This document shows positions 18,796 through 24,000 of a DNA stretch of 24,000 nucleotides, one piece after another. The notes under the pieces were generated by a model. That model worked only from the letters and a program-made list of their open reading frames with translations. It had not been told where the DNA came from and searched no databases. Within the stretch, counting starts at the first letter, position 1, and every line of letters begins with the position of its first letter. The translations under genes were made by a program, and so were the position numbers. Source of the DNA: Streptomyces sp. NPDC059134 (GTDB lineage Bacteria > Actinomycetota > Actinomycetes > Streptomycetales > Streptomycetaceae); the NCBI RefSeq assembly GCF_042755905.1, contig NZ_JBHZDG010000025.1, forward strand, positions 1,176 to 25,175, given 5' to 3'.

Positions 18796-19199
18796 GACTG
18801 ACTCCTTCGCTCTGATACGTGGTGCGGGGCAGGGGAGTTCCGCGCCAGCACGGCGAGGTGCAGGCCCAGGAAGTTGACTTCGGAGCCGGGTAACGGTGCG
18901 CCGAGCGCCTCCTCGGCCCGTAACGCCACGGCATGCGCCCGGGCGAGTGCCTCGGGGTGTCCCGTCAGCTCGGCTGTGACCTGGCCGTCCGTGGGCGAGG
19001 TCTCGATGGATTCACCGTTCAGCAGCCGGGTGAGCGCCGCCATCAGATGGCTGGTGAGCAGCCCTGCCGTGTCCTCCGTGACGGTGAGACCCTCGGCGCC
19101 GAGAGCCTCCAGCTCCGCCGCGACAAACGCGGCAACCTCGGGACGGGCCTGCCCGGTCTCGCGGAAAAGCTGGATGCGGAGGGTGAGTTGGTTGTCCAT
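18792..19199 (-). CDS. Stand-alone PRD-domain protein (YhfY-like)
   Basis: 135 aa. ATG 19199 lies 5 nt after AAGGAG. All-helical sequence with two His residues (H51 in TSHLMAAL, H114 in LGLHLAVL) about 63 residues apart, as in PRD modules. Contains two in-frame TTA codons. Confidence 0.65.
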   Translation of the reverse strand: MDNQLTLRIQLFRETGQARPEVAAFVAAELEALGAEGLTVTEDTAGLLTSHLMAALTRLLNGESIETSPTDGQVTAELTGHPEALARAHAVALRAEEALGAPLPGSEVNFLGLHLAVLARNSPAPHHVSERRSQS

Positions 19200-19244
19200 G
19201 AAGCTCCTTTCTACGGATCACGTGAGCGGATGAACGAGATAAAT

Positions 19245-19268
19245 CAGTAACCAGGATTTTGTATTTTG
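19245..19268 (-). promoter_or_regulatory. Candidate operator site B, upstream of the PRD-led operon
   Basis: The plus-strand sequence CAGTAACCAGGATTTTGTATTTTG matches site A (20277-20300) at 19 of 24 positions. It lies in an AT-rich patch centred about 57 nt upstream of ATG 19199. Confidence 0.55.
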
Positions 19269-19329
19269 AGCTCCGCCGGTCCCGTCGCCGGTGGGATCGA
19301 GGTGTGTGGGGGTGCGGGCTGGGTGAGGG

Positions 19330-20268
19330 TCAGTACGAGGGTGTGCGCTCGCCGCGCAGTACTTCGGCCTGGAGCGCGGTGACGACCGACAGGTCGAGGA
19401 ACTCGCGGACCGCGCCGAGCGCCTTTGCCCCCTCGGATCTCCCGATGATCGCCGCGCTGGAGTTGCGCCGCGAGAGGTCGCGGGTGACCTCGTCGCCGAG
19501 CGGCAGGACGTCGACGTCCGTTCCGAGCAGGTTCTGGGCCTCGTCCAGGTTCCAGACCGTGGCGTCGGCCCGGTCCTGCTCGAAGGCCGCACGCAGTTCC
19601 GTCTGCGAGGTCTCGACCCACTCGATGTCGTCCCGCGCGGCGAAGGTGCGCTCCGCGAGTATGCGCTGGTCCTCCGAATTGTGGTCGACGGCGACGCGCA
19701 GCCCCGGGCCCTCCAGATCCGAGCCGTGGCGCAGCAGTATCCCGTGCGCCCCGACATAAGTGATCGGGCCGAGATCCGCGACGAGTTCGACCGGGTACTC
19801 CTCGATCAGTCGGTCGGCCGAGGAGCGGGAGAGCACCACGAGATCGACCTTGCCTTCGAGCAGGGTGGTGGTGCGGGCGTCCGCGCCCTGCATGAAGGTG
19901 ATCGCGAAGGGGGCTCCGGCCTCCTCGAAGGCGGAGCGCAGTCCGGTGGCCAGTCCCTCGTGGCGTCGGGAGTAGGGGAGCGGCATGGCGGCCAGCAGGG
20001 TGCCGAGCCCGGAGAGCCGCCAGAGTATCGAGCGGTCGGCGCGGACCAGGAACGTGCCGAGATGGCCCCGCGCCGTCGTCTCGATGGCTCCGGCGCTCTC
20101 CAGGAGATGGAGTGCGGCCTGCACCGTGCCGTTTCCGACGCCCAGTTCCACGGCGAAGTCGCGGACGCGGGGCAGCCGGGTGTCCGGCTCGTGGTTCAGC
20201 AGGAGTACTGCGAGCTGCCGGGCCGCGAGGCCGTTGCGGGTCAGGAAACGCTCGTCGAAGTCTGTCAC
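19330..20268 (-). CDS. YhfZ-like transcriptional regulator (GntR-like winged HTH plus periplasmic-binding-protein-like sensor domain)
   Basis: GTG 20268 gives 312 aa. N-terminal RLPRVRDFAVELGVGNGTVQAALHLLESAGAIETTARGHLGTFL is a GntR-type wHTH. The rest resembles a two-lobe binding-protein fold. The 582-aa ORF-track extension overlaps the methyltransferase gene and is rejected. Confidence 0.7.
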   Translation of the reverse strand: MTDFDERFLTRNGLAARQLAVLLLNHEPDTRLPRVRDFAVELGVGNGTVQAALHLLESAGAIETTARGHLGTFLVRADRSILWRLSGLGTLLAAMPLPYSRRHEGLATGLRSAFEEAGAPFAITFMQGADARTTTLLEGKVDLVVLSRSSADRLIEEYPVELVADLGPITYVGAHGILLRHGSDLEGPGLRVAVDHNSEDQRILAERTFAARDDIEWVETSQTELRAAFEQDRADATVWNLDEAQNLLGTDVDVLPLGDEVTRDLSRRNSSAAIIGRSEGAKALGAVREFLDLSVVTALQAEVLRGERTPSY

Positions 20269-20275
20269 GCAAATG

Positions 20276-20304
20276 ACAGTAAACAGGATTCTGGATACTG
20301 GCAA
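20276..20304 (-). promoter_or_regulatory. Putative sigma70-type promoter for a leaderless yhfZ-like transcript
   Basis: On the minus strand: TTGCCA (20304..20299), a 17-nt spacer, then TACTGT (20281..20276), then 7 nt to GTG 20268. There is no SD upstream of the GTG. The promoter overlaps operator site A. Confidence 0.45.
20277..20300 (-). promoter_or_regulatory. Candidate operator site A (24-bp imperfect palindrome) over the yhfZ-like promoter
   Basis: The plus-strand sequence CAGTAAACAGGATTCTGGATACTG is self-complementary at 18 of 24 positions (CAGTAnnCAGnAT / ATnCTGnnTACTG). Confidence 0.55.
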
Positions 20305-20531
20305 TGCCCCCTCGGCACCTTGGCGTCCATACGCCATTTCACCGCCCGGGACCTGTGGTCGAGACCGGTGGTCGTCCGCCTCGCGCAGGCGCGCGGCGAC
20401 GCCACGCCCGCCCCGTCGCGACCGGACCCGACCCGACCCGCCACCGATCCGGCCCCGGTCCGGCCTCGCCCCGGTCCGGCTCGACCTGATCGGCCCCGCC
20501 CCGAGTCGCCAACGCCACGCGTTCGTCGCCG

Positions 20532-21425
20532 TCAGGGCGTACGGGCGATCAGATAGCGGAAGACGTTCGGCATCCAGACCGTGCCGTCCCGCCGCAGATG
20601 CGGATGGAGCGCCTCGCCGATCTCCTTCTCCACCTGCCTCCGGTCGGTCGCCCGGATCGCGCCGTCGAACACCCCGGTCGACAGCAGCCCGCGTACCGCG
20701 CTCTCCTGGTCCGCGTATCCGAACGGGCACGCCACCCGTCCCGAACCGTCCGGTTTCAGCCCGGCTCGCGCCGCGACATCCTCCAGATCGTCCCGGTACG
20801 CGGGGCGCTTGGTGCCCTTGCGCAGCCGGTCCGCCAGCCGGCCGGCGACCCGCAGTACCGCGTCCGTGGCGCACCGCTCCGGCGGCCCCCAGCCGGCCAG
20901 CACCACCGGGATGCCTCGCCCGGCCAGCGGTATCGCCGTCCTGAGGGCGGGATCGAGCCCTTTCGCGTCGCCCGCCACGGAGCCGATCGGCTGGAAGGCG
21001 GTGATCAGGTCGTACCCGGGCCGACCGGGTTCCCCGGCGGCGTCGGCCATGCGGTCGGCGGGCAGCAGCGTCTCGCACCCGGTGTCGTTCCGCCGGTGTC
21101 CGGCCCCGTCCCGTCCGTCCTCCGCCAGCAGCCGCTCACGGGCCAGCGCCAGCCGGTCCCCGTCCGCTTCGACGCCGGTCACGCGGGCGCCCCGCGCGGT
21201 GGCCAGCAGCAGGGCGAGCCCGGAGCCGCAGCCGAGGCCGAGCACCCGGGTCCCGGTACGGACCTCCAGGCGCTCGTACACCGCTTCGTAGAGCGGCACC
21301 AGCATCCGTTCCTGGATCTCGGCCCAGTCGCGGGCGCGCCTGGCGGCTTCCGGCGGCACCGGGAGCGCCGGGTCCGTGGCCGTGTCCGAAGGGAGCTGAT
21401 GGTGCTGGACGAGCGTACGTGTCAT
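20532..21425 (-). CDS. Class I SAM-dependent methyltransferase
   Basis: ATG 21425 gives 297 aa. Motif I VLGLGCGSG is followed by VTGVEAD. The substrate cannot be determined from sequence. Confidence 0.7.
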   Translation of the reverse strand: MTRTLVQHHQLPSDTATDPALPVPPEAARRARDWAEIQERMLVPLYEAVYERLEVRTGTRVLGLGCGSGLALLLATARGARVTGVEADGDRLALARERLLAEDGRDGAGHRRNDTGCETLLPADRMADAAGEPGRPGYDLITAFQPIGSVAGDAKGLDPALRTAIPLAGRGIPVVLAGWGPPERCATDAVLRVAGRLADRLRKGTKRPAYRDDLEDVAARAGLKPDGSGRVACPFGYADQESAVRGLLSTGVFDGAIRATDRRQVEKEIGEALHPHLRRDGTVWMPNVFRYLIARTP

Positions 21426-21963
21426 GGATAGCGCCCCAATCCACCGAGAGGTCGTTCGTACCCTGTTTGACAGCCCCCCGTGTACGTGTGAGCACACACC
21501 CCCCGTATGTCAGGGAACTCCCCATCCCTGCCCGCGTCCAGTGGGTGACGGGCAAAGCGTGCGTGCCCCGGGCGTACGCCCCCGCGTGCATGGCTGATTC
21601 CTTTTCCCGGCCGCGGAACGGGTACCAGGATCTGAGCAGGACGGTCGAGCGGCCCGGCGGCCGAGCGGTGGGCGACCCGGCCCCGATTGAGCCATTCAGG
21701 GCAACGGTTCGCCGTGGGGGCGTCGCGGGAAGTTGGCGCCCGCCCCGGTACTGTCACCGTCGTGGGCGGGGTAGACGTAGATCGTCTACGCGTCGATGCG
21801 TATCCAACGCTACGTACCGGCTTGGTATGAGCTGTGAGCCTTCTCCGCAGATCGACGCACCCGCCCTCGTCGGGACGCATCAATGGCAACTGACGGGTAC
21901 GTGCAAATTATTTGTGATGCCCCGTAATGGAACCCGGGAGGGATCCGGCTCGTTATTCACGAC

Positions 21964-22557
21964 GTGAGCACGACACCACCTGTTCTCGCCGCAGAGCTGG
22001 CACAGGCGTGGGCCGACATTCAGCGGTCCCACCCCGAGCTGCCGGATCTTGCCGCGCCAGAGTCCCTGATCGGAGAGTCGTCGTCCGCCTGCGGCGCCGA
22101 GCTCTCTTTCGAACGACTGCTTCACGAAGCGGTCCACGGCATCGCCGCGGCCAGAGGTGTCCGCGACACCTCGCGCGCGGGCCGCTACCACAACCGCCGA
22201 TTCCTTGCGATCGCCGAGGAGATGGGTCTCGACCATCCGGAGGAGCCGCATCCCAGCAGCGGTTTCTCCCTGGTCTCGCTCAGCCCCGAGGCGAAGCGCC
22301 GGTACCGCCCCACCATGGAGCGGCTCCAGCGTGCCCTCAAGGCGCACACGGTCGCGACGGCCGCCGACACCAAGCGCAGCTTCCGCGGCCCGGCCGCCCG
22401 GCACGGTTCGTCCGGCGGTGGGGTGCGGGTCAAGGCGGTCTGCGACTGCGGCCGGAACGTGCGCGTCGTCCCCTCGGTCCTCGCCCAGGCGCCGATCGTC
22501 TGCGGGGGCTGCGGCAAACCGTTCCGTATCCCTGAAGTCGTCGCCGCCGCGAGCTGA
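21964..22557 (+). CDS. Conserved hypothetical protein with an HExxH motif and a C-terminal CxC...CxxC zinc ribbon (SprT-like?)
   Basis: 197 aa. LLHEAVHGIA is followed by GRYHNRRFLAIAEEMGL. C-terminal CDCGRNVRVVPSVLAQAPIVCGGCGKPF. The GTG start is uncertain because the nearest GGAGG is 22 nt upstream. Confidence 0.5.
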   Translation: MSTTPPVLAAELAQAWADIQRSHPELPDLAAPESLIGESSSACGAELSFERLLHEAVHGIAAARGVRDTSRAGRYHNRRFLAIAEEMGLDHPEEPHPSSGFSLVSLSPEAKRRYRPTMERLQRALKAHTVATAADTKRSFRGPAARHGSSGGGVRVKAVCDCGRNVRVVPSVLAQAPIVCGGCGKPFRIPEVVAAAS

Positions 22558-22857
22558 CGCGTCGCCCCGGCGCTCCGCGGGCGGCCCCCCTCCGACGGCC
22601 TCGTGCCGTCGCCGGGCGGCGGCCCGTATCCGCGGCACGGCCCCGTCATCCACGGGGCCGGAGCCGTGCGTCGTGCGCCCCGCCCCGGCCGGGTCAACCC
22701 CGGCGCCGGGGTGTGGCAGAATGGCCAGCCGTACTCGACAGTCGCACAGGACCCCTCTCTCCTCCGGCTGACGCGTCCATCGGGCAGATCGGGTACCGCA
22801 ACCCCACGCGGCGTCCCGCTGTGCCCAACCACGTCAAGACCAGGAGACACCACTCCA

Positions 22858-23304
22858 GTGGCAGTCAAGATCAAGCTGAAGCGTCTGGGCAAGATCCGTT
22901 CGCCTCACTACCGCATCATCGTCGCCGACTCCCGTACCCGCCGTGACGGTCGGGCCATCGAGGAGATCGGTCTGTACCACCCGGTGCAGAACCCCTCGCG
23001 CATCGAGGTCGACTCGGACCGCGCGCGCTACTGGCTGTCCGTCGGCGCCCAGCCGACCGAGCCGGTTCTCGCGATCCTCAAGCTCACCGGTGACTGGCAG
23101 GCGCACAAGGGCCTCCCGGCCCCCGCGCCGCTGCTCCAGCCGGAGCCGAAGGCCGACAAGCGCGCCCTCTTCGAGGCCGCCGCGAAGGACGCCGGCGACG
23201 AGCCCAAGGGCGAGGCCATCACGCAGAAGGCCAAGAAGTCCGACAAGAAGGCCGACGAAGCCGGGACCGAGTCCTCGGCCGCCGCCGAGTCGACCGGGGC
23301 CTGA
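22858..23304 (+). CDS. rpsP: 30S ribosomal protein S16
   Basis: GTG 22858 lies 11 nt after [47 protein letters not shown] is canonical S16, here with a K/A/E-rich C-terminal extension. Confidence 0.96.
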   Translation: MAVKIKLKRLGKIRSPHYRIIVADSRTRRDGRAIEEIGLYHPVQNPSRIEVDSDRARYWLSVGAQPTEPVLAILKLTGDWQAHKGLPAPAPLLQPEPKADKRALFEAAAKDAGDEPKGEAITQKAKKSDKKADEAGTESSAAAESTGA

Positions 23305-23306
23305 GC

Positions 23307-23546
23307 ATGCTCGAGGAGGCTCTCGAGCACCTCGTGAAGGGCATTGTCGACAACCCGGACGAAGTGCAGGTAGCCTCGCGCAACCTGCGTCGCGGCCGGG
23401 TGCTGGAAGTCCGGGTCCACCCGGACGACCTCGGCAAGGTGATCGGTCGTAACGGCCGCACCGCGCGTGCGCTGCGGACGGTCGTGGGCGCCCTCGGCGG
23501 CCGTGGCATCCGCGTCGACCTCGTCGACGTGGACCAGGTCCGCTGA
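23307..23546 (+). CDS. KH-domain RNA-binding protein (YlqC/UPF0109 family)
   Basis: 79 aa with the [17 protein letters not shown] GxxG KH motif. In the conserved position between rpsP and rimM. Confidence 0.9.
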   Translation: MLEEALEHLVKGIVDNPDEVQVASRNLRRGRVLEVRVHPDDLGKVIGRNGRTARALRTVVGALGGRGIRVDLVDVDQVR

Positions 23547-23562
23547 CACACCAGAACACCGG

Positions 23563-23602
23563 CACGGGCCGGGAAGGGCACCTACCTTCCCGGCCCGTGT
23601 TT
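23563..23602 (+). terminator. Perfect 15-bp stem-loop followed by TTT, between the KH gene and rimM
   Basis: CACGGGCCGGGAAGG (23563-23577), a 7-nt loop, CCTTCCCGGCCCGTG (23585-23599), then TTTG. Confidence 0.6.
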
Positions 23603-23700
23603 GCGTGCTGGTACCACCATCATCGATTGAGCAACGACGGCGAGCGACCACCACCGCGACAGCGGGCGACGGTTCCGCCGCACAGAGGGCGGGCTTGGCA

Positions 23701-24000
23701 GTGCAGTTGGTAGTCGGGCGGATCGGCCGCGCCCACGGCATCAAGGGCGAGGTCACCGTCGAGGTCCGTACGGACGAGCCCGAGGTACGGCTCGGTCCCG
23801 GCGCCGTCCTCGGCACGGAACCGGCCTCGGCAGGGCCTCTGACGATCGAGACGGGCCGGGTGCACAGCGGCAGGCTGCTGTTGCGCTTCGCCGGCGTACG
23901 CGACCGTACGGGCGCCGAGGCGCTGCGCAATGTGCTGCTGATCGCCGAGGTCGACCCCGAGGAGCTTCCCGAGGATCCCGAGGAGTTCTACGACCATCAG
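23701..24000 (+). CDS. rimM: 16S rRNA processing protein RimM (5' part; continues beyond the window)
   Basis: GTG 23701 opens a frame that stays open to the window edge. [28 protein letters not shown] is the typical RimM N-terminus. Confidence 0.9.
   Translation, partial: MQLVVGRIGRAHGIKGEVTVEVRTDEPEVRLGPGAVLGTEPASAGPLTIETGRVHSGRLLLRFAGVRDRTGAEALRNVLLIAEVDPEELPEDPEEFYDHQ

Noticed and set aside
20421-20480. The direct repeat CCCCGGTCCGGC (20453-20464 and 20469-20480) and the (GACCC)x3 run upstream of the yhfZ-like promoter
   Set aside because: These are short, very GC-rich and low-complexity, in a genome where such repeats arise by chance. I see no symmetry or positional logic. They are recorded only as a possible terminator-region remnant of the methyltransferase gene.
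20269-21078. N-terminal 270-aa extension of the yhfZ-like ORF. Analogous extensions occur in the yhfX-, yhfS-, php- and yhfT-like ORFs (to 15172, 16005, 17095 and 18632).
   Set aside because: The extensions overlap upstream genes, are R/P/G-rich, and lie before the point where family similarity begins. The internal starts at 20268, 14812, 15918, 16984 and 18401 give tight coupling and/or an SD, and sizes close to the E. coli homologues.
21621-21640. GGTACCAGGATCTGAGCAGG, a possible third copy of the cluster operator motif (CCAGGAT core)
   Set aside because: It matches only with indels, lacks the CAGTAA/TACTG outer half-sites, is not AT-rich and is not next to a cluster gene. It is probably a chance match.
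21419-21967. A 182-aa plus-strand ORF (and a 155-aa minus-strand ORF) filling the long intergenic region
   Set aside because: Third-position GC is only patchy, with many rare codons (AGA, TTA, ATA, CGA). The composition is basic and low-complexity, and there is no SD. It is unlikely to be coding.

Overview
High-GC (about 70%+) actinomycete chromosome, almost certainly Streptomyces. From memory, gene order matches the S. coelicolor SCO5578-SCO5593 core region. It runs glcP, an NCS1 permease, ftsY, a Prim-Pol-like gene, nsdA, amtB-glnK-glnD, ffh, then a SAM methyltransferase, an HExxH/zinc-ribbon protein, rpsP, a KH-domain gene and rimM (5' part). The most notable content is a tightly packed seven-gene minus-strand cluster between ffh and the rpsP side (13631-20304). 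It encodes homologues of the uncharacterised E. coli yhfZ-yhfY-yhfX-(yhfW)-php-yhfU-yhfT-yhfS locus. These are a GntR-like/PBP-like regulator, a stand-alone PRD protein, a DUF2620 protein, a YhfT-type polytopic membrane protein, a phosphotriesterase-homology protein and two PLP enzymes. As far as I know no substrate has been assigned to this gene set in any organism. Three things in this copy are directly readable. A shared 24-bp AT-rich pseudo-palindrome lies upstream of both the regulator gene and the operon. The regulator has a probable leaderless promoter. The PRD gene contains the only two in-frame TTA (bldA-dependent) codons in the window. Other observations: GlnR boxes upstream of amtB; a structured leader that sequesters the SD of the NCS1 permease, next to 12-bp-period tandem repeats; a dense G-tract/hairpin element in the ftsY convergent gap; repeats and an inverted repeat upstream of nsdA; and a 538-bp unexplained intergenic region. 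I found no tRNA, rRNA, CRISPR or transposase sequences. All homology calls come from reading the translations and from memory of family motifs. No searches were run.
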